Of a stretch of DNA of 32,000 bases, positions 1 through 11,205 are shown piece after piece. The notes under the pieces are model-generated. The model searched no databases. It had not been told where the DNA came from and saw only the letters and a list, made by a program, of their open reading frames with translations. The DNA is from Salmonella bongori NCTC 12419 (GTDB lineage: Bacteria; Pseudomonadota; Gammaproteobacteria; Enterobacterales; Enterobacteriaceae). The DNA is taken from NCBI RefSeq assembly GCF_000252995.1, contig NC_015761.1, positions 3,809,884 to 3,841,883 of the forward strand, read 5' to 3'. The position numbers and the translations under genes are program-made. Each line of letters starts with the position of its first letter. Positions within the stretch are counted from its first letter, which is position 1.

Positions 1-73
1 CATGGATGACCCTGCCATACCATTCACAACATTAAGTTCGAGATTTACCCCAAGTTTAAGAACTCACACCATT
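1..73 (+). promoter_or_regulatory. 3' portion of the untranslated rho leader
   Basis: Lies directly upstream of the rho ATG at 74. The track ORF 2..1333 is only an in-frame read-through of this leader. rho is known to be autoregulated by attenuation in its leader, but I cannot map rut sites by eye. Confidence 0.4.
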
Positions 74-1333
74 ATGAATCTTACCGAATTAAAGAATACG
101 CCGGTTTCTGAGCTGATCACTCTCGGCGAAAGTATGGGGCTGGAAAACCTGGCCCGTATGCGTAAGCAGGACATTATTTTTGCCATCCTGAAGCAGCACG
201 CAAAGAGTGGCGAAGATATCTTTGGCGACGGTGTGCTGGAGATATTGCAGGATGGATTTGGTTTCCTCCGTTCCGCAGACAGCTCCTACCTCGCCGGCCC
301 TGACGACATCTACGTTTCCCCCAGCCAAATCCGCCGTTTCAACCTCCGCACTGGTGATACCATTTCTGGTAAGATTCGCCCGCCGAAAGAAGGTGAACGC
401 TATTTTGCGCTGTTGAAAGTTAACGAAGTTAACTACGACAAACCAGAAAACGCCCGTAACAAAATCCTGTTTGAGAACTTAACCCCGCTGCACGCGAACT
501 CTCGTCTGCGTATGGAGCGTGGTAACGGTTCTACAGAAGACTTAACGGCGCGGGTACTGGATCTGGCTTCACCGATTGGTCGCGGTCAGCGTGGTCTGAT
601 TGTTGCGCCGCCGAAAGCGGGTAAAACCATGCTGCTGCAGAATATCGCGCAGAGCATTGCGTACAACCATCCAGACTGCGTGCTGATGGTCTTGCTGATT
701 GACGAACGTCCGGAAGAAGTGACCGAGATGCAGCGTCTGGTGAAAGGCGAAGTGGTTGCGTCTACCTTTGACGAACCGGCATCCCGCCACGTTCAGGTTG
801 CGGAAATGGTTATTGAGAAGGCGAAACGCCTGGTTGAGCACAAAAAAGACGTTATCATCCTGCTCGACTCTATTACACGTCTGGCGCGTGCCTACAACAC
901 CGTGGTGCCAGCTTCTGGTAAGGTGCTGACTGGTGGTGTGGATGCCAACGCCCTGCATCGTCCGAAGCGTTTCTTCGGTGCCGCGCGTAACGTGGAAGAG
1001 GGCGGCAGCCTGACCATTATCGCGACGGCGTTGATCGACACCGGCTCCAAGATGGATGAAGTTATCTACGAAGAGTTTAAAGGTACAGGCAACATGGAAC
1101 TGCACCTCTCTCGTAAGATCGCTGAAAAACGCGTCTTCCCGGCTATCGACTATAACCGTTCCGGTACGCGTAAAGAAGAGCTGCTTACCACTCAGGAAGA
1201 GCTGCAGAAAATGTGGATCCTACGTAAAATCATTCATCCAATGGGTGAAATCGACGCAATGGAATTCCTCATCAATAAATTGGCGATGACCAAAACCAAT
1301 GATGACTTCTTTGAGATGATGAAGCGCTCATAA
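74..1333 (+). CDS. rho: transcription termination factor Rho (419 aa)
   Basis: ATG at 74 gives [19 protein letters not shown]..., matching the recalled enterobacterial Rho over its full length. Walker A motif APPKAGKT is present. Length is 1260 nt including the stop. Confidence 0.97.
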   Translation: MNLTELKNTPVSELITLGESMGLENLARMRKQDIIFAILKQHAKSGEDIFGDGVLEILQDGFGFLRSADSSYLAGPDDIYVSPSQIRRFNLRTGDTISGKIRPPKEGERYFALLKVNEVNYDKPENARNKILFENLTPLHANSRLRMERGNGSTEDLTARVLDLASPIGRGQRGLIVAPPKAGKTMLLQNIAQSIAYNHPDCVLMVLLIDERPEEVTEMQRLVKGEVVASTFDEPASRHVQVAEMVIEKAKRLVEHKKDVIILLDSITRLARAYNTVVPASGKVLTGGVDANALHRPKRFFGAARNVEEGGSLTIIATALIDTGSKMDEVIYEEFKGTGNMELHLSRKIAEKRVFPAIDYNRSGTRKEELLTTQEELQKMWILRKIIHPMGEIDAMEFLINKLAMTKTNDDFFEMMKRS

Positions 1334-1348
1334 CCGAGCCATTACCTG

Positions 1349-1384
1349 AAAACGCCACGTTTTTACGTGGCGTTTTTGTTTTAT
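1349..1384 (+). terminator. rho-independent terminator after rho
   Basis: Perfect inverted repeat AAAACGCCACGT (1349-1360) / ACGTGGCGTTTT (1365-1376) with a 4-nt loop, followed by a T-rich run. Confidence 0.8.
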
Positions 1385-1572
1385 ATCTGTAATCTTAACG
1401 ACACATTTACAAAAAGACGATAAACCAGAGCGGAACTTTGCGATTCATTCGTTATCGGTATCGTGTGGTTGATATTTAAACAATTCTGACTGATTCAGAG
1501 CAGGGTTTCCCTTCTGAATAAAGGTCTTCATGGTTATACTTCTGGTATTAATTTTATCTGAGAGCACGCATT

Positions 1573-2676
1573 GTGAATTTACTGACCGTGAGTACTGATC
1601 TCATCAGTATTTTTTTATTCACGACACTGTTCCTGTTTTTTGCGCGTAAGGTCGCAAAAAAAATCGGTTTAGTGGATAAACCCAACTTCCGTAAACGCCA
1701 CCAGGGGCTGATACCGTTGGTTGGAGGAATTTCGGTTTACGCAGGGATTTGCTTCACATTCGGAATCGTTGATCACTATATTCCTCATGCGTCGCTTTAT
1801 CTTTCTTGTGCGGGTGTACTGGTGCTTATCGGTGCGCTGGATGACCGTTTTGATATCAGTGTAAAGATCCGTGCGACCATACAGGCCGCGATCGGCATCA
1901 TTATGATGGTGTTCGGTAAACTCTACCTGAGCAGCCTCGGTTATATCTTTGGCTCCTGGGAGATGGTGCTCGGTCCCTTCGGTTATTTCCTCACTCTGTT
2001 TGCCGTATGGGCGGCGATCAACGCCTTCAATATGGTGGATGGTATTGATGGTCTGTTAGGTGGGCTATCCAGCGTCTCGTTTGCGGCGATGGGACTGATT
2101 TTATGGTTTGACGGTCAAACCAGCCTGGCAATATGGTGTTTCGCTATGATCGCTGCGATTCTGCCTTACATTATGCTTAACCTTGGCATTCTGGGGCGGC
2201 GTTACAAAGTTTTCATGGGCGATGCCGGTAGTACTCTGATTGGCTTTACCGTTATCTGGATCTTACTGGAAACGACGCAGGGTAAAACCCACCCTATCAG
2301 CCCGGTCACCGCACTATGGATTATTGCTATTCCGCTAATGGACATGGTGGCGATTATGTATCGCCGTCTGCGTAAAGGAATGAGCCCCTTCTCGCCTGAC
2401 CGCCAGCATATCCATCATCTTATCATGCGCGCTGGTTTTACCTCCCGTCAGGCGTTTGTCCTGATCACGCTTGCCGCTGCGATTTTGGCAGCCGTTGGCG
2501 TAACGGCAGAATATTCTCATTTTGTTCCTGAGTGGGTTATGTTGGTGCTCTTTTTGCTAGCATTCTTCCTCTATGGCTACTGCATTAAACGGGCATGGAA
2601 GGTGGCGAGATTTATTAAGCGTGTGAAGCGCCGCCTGCGCAGGCACCGTGAGAACCGGCCAAACTTAACCAAGTAA
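1573..2676 (+). CDS. wecA: UDP-GlcNAc:undecaprenyl-phosphate GlcNAc-1-phosphate transferase (367 aa)
   Basis: GTG start at 1573. MNLLTVSTDLISIFLFTTLFLFFARKVAKK... is near-identical to the recalled E. coli WecA/Rfe. Carries the DDRFD and NMVDGIDGL motifs and is a polytopic membrane protein. Confidence 0.95.
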   Translation: MNLLTVSTDLISIFLFTTLFLFFARKVAKKIGLVDKPNFRKRHQGLIPLVGGISVYAGICFTFGIVDHYIPHASLYLSCAGVLVLIGALDDRFDISVKIRATIQAAIGIIMMVFGKLYLSSLGYIFGSWEMVLGPFGYFLTLFAVWAAINAFNMVDGIDGLLGGLSSVSFAAMGLILWFDGQTSLAIWCFAMIAAILPYIMLNLGILGRRYKVFMGDAGSTLIGFTVIWILLETTQGKTHPISPVTALWIIAIPLMDMVAIMYRRLRKGMSPFSPDRQHIHHLIMRAGFTSRQAFVLITLAAAILAAVGVTAEYSHFVPEWVMLVLFLLAFFLYGYCIKRAWKVARFIKRVKRRLRRHRENRPNLTK

Positions 2677-2687
2677 ATGAGGATACG

Positions 2688-3734
2688 ATGACACAACCAT
2701 TACCGGGGGCACGCGCGGTGAGCGCTGAAAATGAACTGGATATTCGCGGGTTGTTTCGTACTTTATGGGCCGGAAAATTCTGGATCATTGGCGTTGGCCT
2801 GTTGTTTGCCCTTATTGCGTTAGCGTATACCTTTTTTGCGCGCCAGGAGTGGAGTGCGACGGCGATTACCGATCGCCCAACCGTAAATATGTTGGGGGGG
2901 TATTACTCCCAGCAACAGTTTCTACGCAACCTGGATATTAAGTCTGACCCCGCTTCTTCCGATAAGCCCTCGGTGATGGACGAAGCGTATAAAGAGTTCA
3001 TCATGCAACTTGCCTCCTGGGATACGCGTCGCGATTTCTGGTTGCAAACGGATTATTACAAGCAGCGAATGGTCGGGAATAGTAAAGCCGATGCGGCGAT
3101 GCTTGATGAACTGATCAACAACATCCAGTTTACGCCTGGCGATTTTACACGCGCTATCAACGACAGCGTGAAGCTTATTGCCGAAACGGCACCGGACGCC
3201 AATAATCTGCTGCGCCAATATGTTGCGTTCGCCAGCCAGCGGGCGGCGAGTCATCTGAATGATGAATTAAAAGGTGCCTGGGCTGCGCGTACGGTACAAA
3301 TGAAAGCGCAGGTAAAACGGCAGGAAGAGGTAGCGAAAGCCATCTATTCACGTCGTGTAAACAGCATTGAGCAGGCGCTCAAAATTGCAGAGCAACATAA
3401 TATTTCTCGTAGCGCGACGGATGTTCCGGCGGATGAATTACCGGACTCTGAACTCTTTTTACTTGGCCGTCCTATGCTGCAGGCGCGTCTTGAAAACCTG
3501 CAAGCGGTTGGTCCAGCGTTCGATCTGGACTACTTTCAAAATCGGGCAATGTTGAATACGCTTAATGTGGGACCCACTCTGGACCCTCGTTTTCAGACCT
3601 ATCGTTATTTGCGTACGCCGGAAGAACCGGTAAAACGTGATAGCCCACGCCGTGCCTTCCTGATGATCATGTGGGGTATCGTTGGGGCGCTAATCGGTGC
3701 GGGCATTGCCTTAACCCGTCGCCGCACGATTTAG
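2688..3734 (+). CDS. wzzE: ECA polysaccharide chain-length modulator (348 aa)
   Basis: MTQPLPG...[22 protein letters not shown] matches the recalled WzzE. Has hydrophobic segments at the N and C termini, typical of PCP proteins. RBS GAGGA lies upstream. Confidence 0.95.
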   Translation: MTQPLPGARAVSAENELDIRGLFRTLWAGKFWIIGVGLLFALIALAYTFFARQEWSATAITDRPTVNMLGGYYSQQQFLRNLDIKSDPASSDKPSVMDEAYKEFIMQLASWDTRRDFWLQTDYYKQRMVGNSKADAAMLDELINNIQFTPGDFTRAINDSVKLIAETAPDANNLLRQYVAFASQRAASHLNDELKGAWAARTVQMKAQVKRQEEVAKAIYSRRVNSIEQALKIAEQHNISRSATDVPADELPDSELFLLGRPMLQARLENLQAVGPAFDLDYFQNRAMLNTLNVGPTLDPRFQTYRYLRTPEEPVKRDSPRRAFLMIMWGIVGALIGAGIALTRRRTI

Positions 3735-3745
3735 CAACACCTCTG

Positions 3746-3769
3746 CAGCAGGGGGCTGGGCCCCTGCTG
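3746..3769 (+). other. GC-rich stem-loop in the wzzE-wecB intergenic spacer
   Basis: CAGCAGGGG (3746-3754) pairs perfectly with CCCCTGCTG (3761-3769) around a 6-nt loop, followed by TCTATT. It starts 12 nt after the wzzE stop. Confidence 0.5.
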
Positions 3770-3789
3770 TCTATTCGAAGAGAATCGAT

Positions 3790-4920
3790 GTGAAAGTACT
3801 GACTGTATTTGGTACACGACCGGAGGCCATTAAGATGGCGCCTCTGGTCCATGCGCTGGAAAAAGATCCTCATTTCGAGGCCAAAGTATGCGTTACTGCG
3901 CAGCATCGGGAGATGCTTGATCAGGTGTTAACTCTTTTTTCGATTGTGCCTGATTACGATCTCAACATTATGCAGCCGGGACAGGGGTTGACGGAAATTA
4001 CCTGCCGAATTCTGGAGGGATTAAAGCCGATCCTGGCGGATTTTAAACCGGATGTAGTGCTGGTTCATGGTGATACTACCACCACGATTGCTACCAGCCT
4101 GGCGGCTTTCTATCAACGTATCCCGGTAGGACATGTAGAAGCCGGGTTGCGAACCGGTGATCTCAACTCTCCCTGGCCGGAAGAGGCAAACCGCACGCTG
4201 ACCGGCCACCTGGCGATGTACCATTTTGCGCCGACAGAAAACTCACGACAGAATCTGCTGCGAGAGAACATTCCTGATGGGCGTATTTTCGTCACCGGTA
4301 ATACTGTTATTGATGCGCTGATTTGGGTACGCGACCGTGTCCTGGCAAGCGAGACGTTACAGGCGGAACTGGCCGAGCAGTACCCTTTCCTCAGCGCAAA
4401 TAAGAAAATGATTCTGGTGACCGGACATCGACGTGAAAGCTTTGGTCAGGGTTTTGAGCATATCTGTCATGCACTGGCGGAAATCGCCGCGGCGAATCAG
4501 GATGTGCAAATTGTCTATCCGGTACATCTCAATCCCAATGTCAGTGAACCTGTCAATCGTATCCTCGGTCATGTTGAAAACGTATTACTGATTGAGCCGC
4601 AGGATTACTTACCCTTTGTCTGGCTGATGAATCACGCCTGGCTAATTCTGACGGATTCCGGCGGTATTCAGGAAGAAGCGCCGTCATTAGGTAAACCGGT
4701 ACTGGTCATGCGTGAAACCACCGAACGTCCGGAAGCGATTACCGCCGGTACGGTAAGGCTGGTCGGTACGGACTCCCGGCGCATTGTGGCGGAAGTCATG
4801 CGTCTGTTGCACGACGAAAATGAATATCAAACCATGAGCCGCGCCCATAATCCTTATGGCGATGGGCAGGCATGCGAGCGCATTTTACAGGCGTTAAAAA
4901 GTCATCGGGTATCGTTATGA
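3790..4920 (+). CDS. wecB: UDP-N-acetylglucosamine 2-epimerase (376 aa)
   Basis: GTG start. [20 protein letters not shown]... matches the recalled WecB/RffE over its full length. Confidence 0.95.
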   Translation: MKVLTVFGTRPEAIKMAPLVHALEKDPHFEAKVCVTAQHREMLDQVLTLFSIVPDYDLNIMQPGQGLTEITCRILEGLKPILADFKPDVVLVHGDTTTTIATSLAAFYQRIPVGHVEAGLRTGDLNSPWPEEANRTLTGHLAMYHFAPTENSRQNLLRENIPDGRIFVTGNTVIDALIWVRDRVLASETLQAELAEQYPFLSANKKMILVTGHRRESFGQGFEHICHALAEIAAANQDVQIVYPVHLNPNVSEPVNRILGHVENVLLIEPQDYLPFVWLMNHAWLILTDSGGIQEEAPSLGKPVLVMRETTERPEAITAGTVRLVGTDSRRIVAEVMRLLHDENEYQTMSRAHNPYGDGQACERILQALKSHRVSL

Positions 4921-6179
4921 GTTTTACGACCATTTCTGTTATTGGGCTGGGTTATATTGGATTACCGACTGCCGCTGCTTTTGCTTCTCGCCAGAAGCAG
5001 GTTATCGGCGTGGATATCAACCAACATGCGGTAGACACCATAAATCGCGGTGAAATTCACATCGTGGAGCCGGAATTAGGCAACGTGGTGAAGACGGCAG
5101 TGGAAGGTGGTTTTCTGCGTGCAACAACGGTGCCTGTCGAGGCTGATGCTTATCTGATTGCGGTGCCGACGCCATTCAAAGGCGACCACGACCCTGACAT
5201 GGCCTATGTTGAAGCCGCGGCGAAATCTATTGCGCCAGTGTTAAAAAAAGGCGCGCTGGTTATTCTGGAATCGACATCGCCGGTCGGCGCAACGGAGCAA
5301 ATGGCTGGCTGGCTGGCCGGGTTGCGTCCGGATCTGACCTTTCCCCAGCAAGCGGGCGAGCAGGCCGATATTAATATCGCCTATTGTCCGGAGCGCGTGT
5401 TGCCGGGTCAGGTGATGGTCGAACTCATTAAAAACGATCGTGTTATTGGCGGTATGACGCCCGTATGTTCAGCTCGCGCCAGCGCGCTGTACAAAATTTT
5501 CCTTGAGGGTGAATGCGTTGTCACCAACTCCCGCACTGCGGAGATGTGCAAGCTAACTGAAAATAGTTTCCGTGATGTGAATATCGCCTTTGCTAATGAA
5601 TTGTCGCTGATTTGCGCCGATCAAGGCATAAATGTCTGGGAATTGATCCGTCTGGCGAACCGCCATCCACGTGTCAATATCTTGCAGCCGGGGCCGGGCG
5701 TCGGCGGGCATTGCATTGCGGTCGATCCGTGGTTTATTGTGGCGCAAAATCCGCAGCAGGCGAGGCTGATTCGCACCGCCCGTGAAGTCAACGATGGCAA
5801 ACCGCACTGGGTGATCGGGCAGGTAAAAGCCGCCGTTGCAGATTGCCAGGCGGCCACAGATAAACGCGCCAGTGAAGTGAAGATCGCCTGTTTTGGGCTG
5901 GCTTTTAAGCCGAATATTGACGATCTGCGTGAAAGTCCTGCGATGGGGATTGCGCAAAGTATCGCCCGCTGGCACAGCGGCGAAACCGTTGTTGTCGAGC
6001 CGAACATCCATCAGTTGCCGAAAAAATTAGACGGTCTTTGCATACTGGTGAAACTGGACGTGGCGTTGGCCGACGCCGATGTGCTGGTGCTGCTGGTTGA
6101 TCACGACGAATTTAAAGCCATTCGCGGCGATGCGGTTCATCAACGTTATGTGGTGGATACCAAAGGAGTCTGGCGCTGA
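4917..6179 (+). CDS. wecC: UDP-N-acetyl-D-mannosamine dehydrogenase (420 aa)
   Basis: ATG at 4917 overlaps the wecB stop (ATGA). [22 protein letters not shown] contains a Rossmann motif. The track ORF start at 4872 is an upstream extension inside wecB. Confidence 0.93.
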   Translation: MSFTTISVIGLGYIGLPTAAAFASRQKQVIGVDINQHAVDTINRGEIHIVEPELGNVVKTAVEGGFLRATTVPVEADAYLIAVPTPFKGDHDPDMAYVEAAAKSIAPVLKKGALVILESTSPVGATEQMAGWLAGLRPDLTFPQQAGEQADINIAYCPERVLPGQVMVELIKNDRVIGGMTPVCSARASALYKIFLEGECVVTNSRTAEMCKLTENSFRDVNIAFANELSLICADQGINVWELIRLANRHPRVNILQPGPGVGGHCIAVDPWFIVAQNPQQARLIRTAREVNDGKPHWVIGQVKAAVADCQAATDKRASEVKIACFGLAFKPNIDDLRESPAMGIAQSIARWHSGETVVVEPNIHQLPKKLDGLCILVKLDVALADADVLVLLVDHDEFKAIRGDAVHQRYVVDTKGVWR

Positions 6180-7246
6180 TGAAACGGATTTTGGTGACTG
6201 GCGGTGCAGGATTTATCGGATCTGCGGTAGTGCGGCATATCCTCCAGGAAACGGCAGATGCCGTGGTGGTGGTGGATAAACTGACCTATGCCGGAAATCT
6301 GATGTCTCTGGCGCCAGTGGCGCAAAGCGACCGCTTTGCCTTTGAAAAAGTGGATATCTGTGATCGGGCGTCACTGGACCGTATTTTCCAGCAGTATCAG
6401 CCTGATAGCGTGATGCACCTGGCGGCGGAAAGTCACGTAGATCGCTCCATTGACGGTCCGGCCGCGTTTATCGAAACCAATATTGTTGGTACCTATACCT
6501 TGCTGGAAGCCGCTCGCGCTTACTGGTCCGCGCTTGATGCGAATGCTAAAGCGGCGTTTCGTTTCCACCATATTTCTACCGATGAAGTGTACGGTGACCT
6601 GTCTGGCGCGGACGATTTTTTTACCGAAACCACGCCGTATGCGCCAAGTAGCCCTTACTCCGCCTCCAAAGCCAGCAGCGACCACCTGGTGCGCGCCTGG
6701 TTACGTACTTACGGTTTACCTACGCTGGTCACCAACTGCTCCAATAACTACGGACCATACCATTTCCCGGAAAAGCTGATCCCGCTGATGATTCTTAACG
6801 CGCTGGCAGGCAAACCGTTGCCTGTTTATGGCAACGGTCAGCAAATTCGCGACTGGTTGTATGTGGAGGATCACGCCCGTGCGTTATATCACGTGGTGAC
6901 AAATGGCGCGGTGGGAGAAACGTATAATATCGGTGGTCATAACGAACGTAAGAACCTGGATGTCGTCGGGACAATTTGCTCTCTGCTGGAAGAACTGGCC
7001 CCGCAAAAACCACAGGGACTGGCGAATTATCGTGATCTGATTACCTTTGTCGACGATCGGCCCGGCCATGACCTACGTTATGCCATTGATGCAACGAAAA
7101 TCGCCCGCGAGCTGGGATGGACGCCGCAGGAAACCTTTGAAAGCGGGATGCGAAAAACGGTTCAGTGGTATCTCGCCAATGAGGCCTGGTGGAAGCCCGT
7201 GCAGGATGGCAGTTATCAGGGCGAGCGCTTAGGTCTGAAACGCTAA
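6179..7246 (+). CDS. rffG: dTDP-glucose 4,6-dehydratase (355 aa)
   Basis: [11 protein letters not shown]-binding motif and the [10 protein letters not shown] catalytic YxxxK. The start overlaps the wecC stop (TGATG). Confidence 0.95.
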   Translation: MKRILVTGGAGFIGSAVVRHILQETADAVVVVDKLTYAGNLMSLAPVAQSDRFAFEKVDICDRASLDRIFQQYQPDSVMHLAAESHVDRSIDGPAAFIETNIVGTYTLLEAARAYWSALDANAKAAFRFHHISTDEVYGDLSGADDFFTETTPYAPSSPYSASKASSDHLVRAWLRTYGLPTLVTNCSNNYGPYHFPEKLIPLMILNALAGKPLPVYGNGQQIRDWLYVEDHARALYHVVTNGAVGETYNIGGHNERKNLDVVGTICSLLEELAPQKPQGLANYRDLITFVDDRPGHDLRYAIDATKIARELGWTPQETFESGMRKTVQWYLANEAWWKPVQDGSYQGERLGLKR

Positions 7247-7278
7247 AAAGCAGGCTCTTACTCCTGGAGGAGAAACGA

Positions 7279-8160
7279 ATGAAAGGCATCATTCTGGCGG
7301 GAGGTTCCGGCACCCGGTTACATCCCATTACGCGGGGCGTATCAAAACAGCTTCTGCCTGTCTACGACAAGCCGATGATTTATTATCCCTTGTCGGTACT
7401 CATGCTGGCGGGCATACGGGAAATTCTGATTATCACCACGCCGGAGGATAAACGAGACTTTCAGCGTTTATTGGGGGACGGCGCGGCGTTTGGTATCGAT
7501 TTACACTATGCTGAGCAGCCCAGCCCGGACGGGTTGGCCCAGGCTTTTATCATTGGCGAAGCGTTCCTCAAGGGTGAGCCATCCTGCCTGGTATTAGGCG
7601 ATAACATCTTTTTTGGTCAGGGGTTTAGCCCTAAACTCCGTCAGGTCGCATCGCGGACTGCAGGCGCCACGGTATTTGGCTATCAGGTCATGGATCCGGA
7701 ACGTTTTGGCGTCGTGGAATTTGACGATGATTTTCGGGCAATCTCGCTGGAAGAAAAGCCGAAGCAGCCCAAATCTAACTGGGCAGTCACCGGTCTCTAT
7801 TTTTATGACAGCAACGTCGTCGAGTATGCGAAACGAGTAAAACCTTCCGGACGCGGCGAGCTGGAGATTACCTCCATCAACCAGATGTACCTTGAAGAGG
7901 GTAAGCTGACGGTAGAACTGCTGGGCCGCGGTTTCGCCTGGCTGGATACCGGTACACACGACAGCCTGATTGAAGCGAGTACCTTCGTGCAAACGGTGGA
8001 AAAGCGTCAGGGCTTCAAAATTGCCTGTCTGGAAGAGATCGCCTGGCGTAATGGCTGGCTGGATGATGACGGTCTGAAACGCGCCGCCAGCCAGCTTGAA
8101 AAAACGGGCTATGGCCAATATTTACTGGAGTTGCTTCGTGCCCGTCCGCGCCAGTATTGA
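7279..8160 (+). CDS. rffH: glucose-1-phosphate thymidylyltransferase (293 aa)
   Basis: ATG at 7279 is preceded by GGAGGAG (7266-7272). [20 protein letters not shown] is the signature N-terminus. The track start at 7189 lies inside rffG. Confidence 0.95.
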   Translation: MKGIILAGGSGTRLHPITRGVSKQLLPVYDKPMIYYPLSVLMLAGIREILIITTPEDKRDFQRLLGDGAAFGIDLHYAEQPSPDGLAQAFIIGEAFLKGEPSCLVLGDNIFFGQGFSPKLRQVASRTAGATVFGYQVMDPERFGVVEFDDDFRAISLEEKPKQPKSNWAVTGLYFYDSNVVEYAKRVKPSGRGELEITSINQMYLEEGKLTVELLGRGFAWLDTGTHDSLIEASTFVQTVEKRQGFKIACLEEIAWRNGWLDDDGLKRAASQLEKTGYGQYLLELLRARPRQY

Positions 8161-8818
8161 ACCTCTATGCTGGGAAAATACGTTCTTTGGCATAAATAGC
8201 GCCATTGTACGTATTGATGCGTGCGCGCCCGAATTAACGCCAGAGGCGTTACAGACGTGGGAACGCGTGCAGGCGAAAGTGCCGGCTGAAAATACCGTCT
8301 GGCTGGAGGCATTGCAATCGCTGGGGTTCTCTTTGGTGGAAGGCGAGGTGGATTTCGCGTTGTCAGTAGCAAAAGGACATGATGCTCGACATGGCGCGGA
8401 AATTGCACAACTTACGGACATTCCTGTTTTGCGTCAGCTGGCCGGAGAGGCATTTGCGCAAAGCCGTTTTCGCGCGCCCTGGTATGCGCCCGACGCCAGC
8501 GCCCGTTTCTACGCTCAGTGGATTGAGAATGCGGTACGTGGCACGTTTGATCACCAGTGCCTGGTGCTTCGCGCCGCGTCAGGCGCTATCCGCGGTTACG
8601 TTTCGTTGCGGGAATTGAATGATACCGAGGCGCGTATCGGTCTGTTGGCCGGACGTGGCGCGGGAGCGGAACTTATGCAGGCGGCGATCTGTTGGGCGCA
8701 GAGTCGCGGCAAAACAATATTGCGGGTGGCGACCCAGTTGGGCAATACCGCCGCGCTTAAACGTTACATACAGAGCGGTGCCACTATCGATAGCACGGCT
8801 TACTGGTTATACAGGTGA
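8138..8818 (+). CDS. wecD: dTDP-fucosamine acetyltransferase, GNAT family (226 aa)
   Basis: GTG at 8138 is preceded by GGAG (8127-8130). [10 protein letters not shown]... corresponds to the recalled E. coli WecD/RffC N-terminus. It overlaps the rffH 3' end by 23 nt. The start choice is less certain than the gene call. Confidence 0.8.
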   Translation: MPVRASIEPLCWENTFFGINSAIVRIDACAPELTPEALQTWERVQAKVPAENTVWLEALQSLGFSLVEGEVDFALSVAKGHDARHGAEIAQLTDIPVLRQLAGEAFAQSRFRAPWYAPDASARFYAQWIENAVRGTFDHQCLVLRAASGAIRGYVSLRELNDTEARIGLLAGRGAGAELMQAAICWAQSRGKTILRVATQLGNTAALKRYIQSGATIDSTAYWLYR

Positions 8819-8822
8819 CAAC

Positions 8823-9953
8823 ATGATTCCTTTTAATGCGCCGCCGGTGGTGGGAACCGAACTTGAGTACATGCAGTCTGCAATGAGCAGCGGCAAACTG
8901 TGTGGCGATGGCGGCTTTACGCGTCGTTGCCAGCAGTGGCTGGAGCAACATTTCGGCAGCGCGAAGGTGTTGCTGACGCCTTCCTGTACCGCATCGCTGG
9001 AGATGGCGGCGCTGTTGTTGGATATCCAGCCCGGTGATGAAGTGATCATGCCGAGCTTTACCTTTGTTTCTACCGCTAACGCCTTTGTCCTGCGCGGCGC
9101 GAAAATTGTGTTTGTCGATATTCGCCCGGATACGATGAATATTGACGAAACGCTGATTGAGGCGGCGATCACCGATAAGACCCGCGCTATCGTGCCGGTT
9201 CACTATGCTGGCGTCGCCTGTGAAATGGACGTCATCATGGCGCTGGCGGAGAAATATAATCTGTTTGTTGTTGAAGACGCCGCCCAGGGCGTGATGTCCA
9301 CATACAAAGGCCGCGCGTTAGGAACGATTGGCCATATCGGCTGTTTTAGTTTCCATGAAACCAAAAATTATACCGCTGGCGGCGAAGGCGGCGCGACGCT
9401 GATTAACGATCGTACGCTGATTGAACGCGCGGAGATCATCCGCGAAAAAGGCACTAATCGCAGCCAGTTCTTCCGTGGTCAGGTGGATAAATACACCTGG
9501 CGGGATATCGGCTCCAGTTATCTGATGTCCGATCTGCAGGCCGCCTACCTGTGGGCGCAGCTGGAGGCCGCCGATCGTATCAATCAACAACGACTGTCGT
9601 TGTGGCAGACTTACCACGATGCGTTAACGCCGCTGGTGCGCGCCGGACGTATTGAGCTGCCTTGCATACCGGAAAACTGTGAACATAACGCCCACATGTT
9701 TTACATCAAACTGCAGGATATCGCCGATCGCAGCGCGCTGATTAACTTCCTGAAAGAAGCGGAGATTATGGCTGTATTCCACTATATTCCGCTGCATGAT
9801 TGCCCGGCGGGCGATAAATTCGGCGAGTTTATCGGGGAAGATGTCTACACCACGACAGAGAGCGAACGTTTGCTGCGTCTGCCGCTGTTTTATAACCTTG
9901 CGCCCGTCGATCAACGAACGGTGATTGCTACCTTGCTAAATTATTTCTCCTGA
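8823..9953 (+). CDS. wecE: dTDP-4-amino-4,6-dideoxygalactose transaminase (376 aa)
   Basis: MIPFNAPPVVGTELEYMQSAM... matches the recalled WecE/RffA (DegT/DnrJ/EryC1 family). The track ORF start at 8619 is an extension inside wecD. Confidence 0.93.
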   Translation: MIPFNAPPVVGTELEYMQSAMSSGKLCGDGGFTRRCQQWLEQHFGSAKVLLTPSCTASLEMAALLLDIQPGDEVIMPSFTFVSTANAFVLRGAKIVFVDIRPDTMNIDETLIEAAITDKTRAIVPVHYAGVACEMDVIMALAEKYNLFVVEDAAQGVMSTYKGRALGTIGHIGCFSFHETKNYTAGGEGGATLINDRTLIERAEIIREKGTNRSQFFRGQVDKYTWRDIGSSYLMSDLQAAYLWAQLEAADRINQQRLSLWQTYHDALTPLVRAGRIELPCIPENCEHNAHMFYIKLQDIADRSALINFLKEAEIMAVFHYIPLHDCPAGDKFGEFIGEDVYTTTESERLLRLPLFYNLAPVDQRTVIATLLNYFS

Positions 9954-9954
9954 T

Positions 9955-11205
9955 ATGTCGCTTGCTAAAGCCTCCCTGTGGACGGCGGTCAGTACGCTGG
10001 TAAAAATTGGCGCCGGACTGCTGGTGGTGAAACTACTGGCCGTCTCTTTTGGTCCTGCGGGCGTCGGTCAGGCGGGTAACTTCCGCCAGATGATCACCGT
10101 CCTGGGCGTGCTGGCGGGCGCCGGGATATTTAACGGCGTTACCAAATTTGTTGCGCAGCACCATGATGACCCGACACGGTTACGTTCCGTGGTGGGCACT
10201 TCTTCTGCGATGGTGCTGGGTTTCTCGACGCTGCTGGCGCTGATCTTCCTGCTGGCGGCGGCGCCAATCAGCCAGGGACTGTTCGGTCACACACACTATC
10301 AAGGGCTGGTACGCCTGGTCGCGTTGGTACAAATGGGGATCGCCTGGGCGAACCTGCTGCTGGCGCTGATGAAGGGTTTTCGTGACGCGTCGGGTAATGC
10401 CTTATCGTTAATTGTCGGCAGTTTTTTGGGCGTTGCTGCCTGGTACCTCTGCTACCGTGTCGGCGGTTACGAAGGCGCGCTGCTTGGCCTGGCGCTGGTA
10501 CCGGCGCTGGTCGTGGTGCCTGCCGGCGTAATACTGGTTAGGCGCGGTACAGTCCCGCTACGTTATCTGAAGCCCTCCTGGGACAACGGTCTGGCAGGGC
10601 AACTCAGTAAATTTACCCTGATGGCGCTGATTACCTCCGTCACGATGCCGGTCGCCTATGTGATGATGCGAAACCAACTGGCAGCGCACTATAGCTGGAG
10701 CGATGTCGGGATCTGGCAGGGCGTAAGTAGTATTTCTGACGCCTATCTGCAATTTATCACCGCCTCCTTCAGCGTTTACCTGTTACCGACGCTCTCACGT
10801 TTAACGGAAAAACAGGACATTACGCGTGAAGTGGTGAAAGCGTTGAAATTTGTTTTACCGGCTGTCGCGGCAGCGAGTTTTTCCGTCTGGCTACTGCGCG
10901 ATTTTGCTATCTGGCTGCTTTTTTCCGCTAAATTCACCGCGATGCGCGATCTGTTTGCCTGGCAGCTGGTGGGTGACGTGCTGAAAGTTGGCGCCTATGT
11001 TTTCGGCTATCTGGTGATTGCCAAAGCGTCGTTGCGATTTTACATTCTGGCTGAAATTAGCCAGTTCATTCTGTTAACGGCGTTCGCCCACTGGCTGATT
11101 CCCGCTCACGGCGCGCTGGGCGCGGCACAGGCTTATATGGCTACTTATATTGTCTATTTTTCACTTTGTTGCGGCGTATTTTTACTTTGGCGTAGGCGAG
11201 CATGA
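9955..11205 (+). CDS. wzxE: ECA lipid III flippase (416 aa)
   Basis: [23 protein letters not shown]... matches the recalled WzxE. Polytopic membrane protein. Confidence 0.93.
   Translation: MSLAKASLWTAVSTLVKIGAGLLVVKLLAVSFGPAGVGQAGNFRQMITVLGVLAGAGIFNGVTKFVAQHHDDPTRLRSVVGTSSAMVLGFSTLLALIFLLAAAPISQGLFGHTHYQGLVRLVALVQMGIAWANLLLALMKGFRDASGNALSLIVGSFLGVAAWYLCYRVGGYEGALLGLALVPALVVVPAGVILVRRGTVPLRYLKPSWDNGLAGQLSKFTLMALITSVTMPVAYVMMRNQLAAHYSWSDVGIWQGVSSISDAYLQFITASFSVYLLPTLSRLTEKQDITREVVKALKFVLPAVAAASFSVWLLRDFAIWLLFSAKFTAMRDLFAWQLVGDVLKVGAYVFGYLVIAKASLRFYILAEISQFILLTAFAHWLIPAHGALGAAQAYMATYIVYFSLCCGVFLLWRRRA

Noticed and set aside
2-73. N-terminal extensions in the ORF track (rho from 2, wecC from 4872, rffH from 7189, wecD from 8096, wecE from 8619, hemC to 21189, cyaA from 21515, uvrD from 28194, corA from 30882).
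   Set aside because: In each case an internal start reproduces the conserved N-terminus and length of the known protein and has a better SD. The extensions run through the upstream gene or leader.
569-1105. Long antisense ORFs inside known genes: 569..1105(-) in rho, 5553..6011(-) in wecC, 7594..8118(-) in rffH, 21665..22174(-) in cyaA, 26772..27263(-) in xerC, and many shorter ones.
   Set aside because: They lie fully within well-supported genes on the opposite strand. They have Arg/Gly/His-rich, low-complexity shadow-frame composition and no SD or start context that I can see. This is typical for GC-rich coding DNA.
1530-1598. A 22-codon ORF (MVILLVLILSESTHCEFTDREY) upstream of and overlapping the wecA GTG start, with an AAGG 5 nt upstream.
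   Set aside because: A TATACT -10-like hexamer (1535-1540) lies inside it, so it may not even be fully transcribed. The SD is weak and I cannot test conservation. Recorded only as a possibility.
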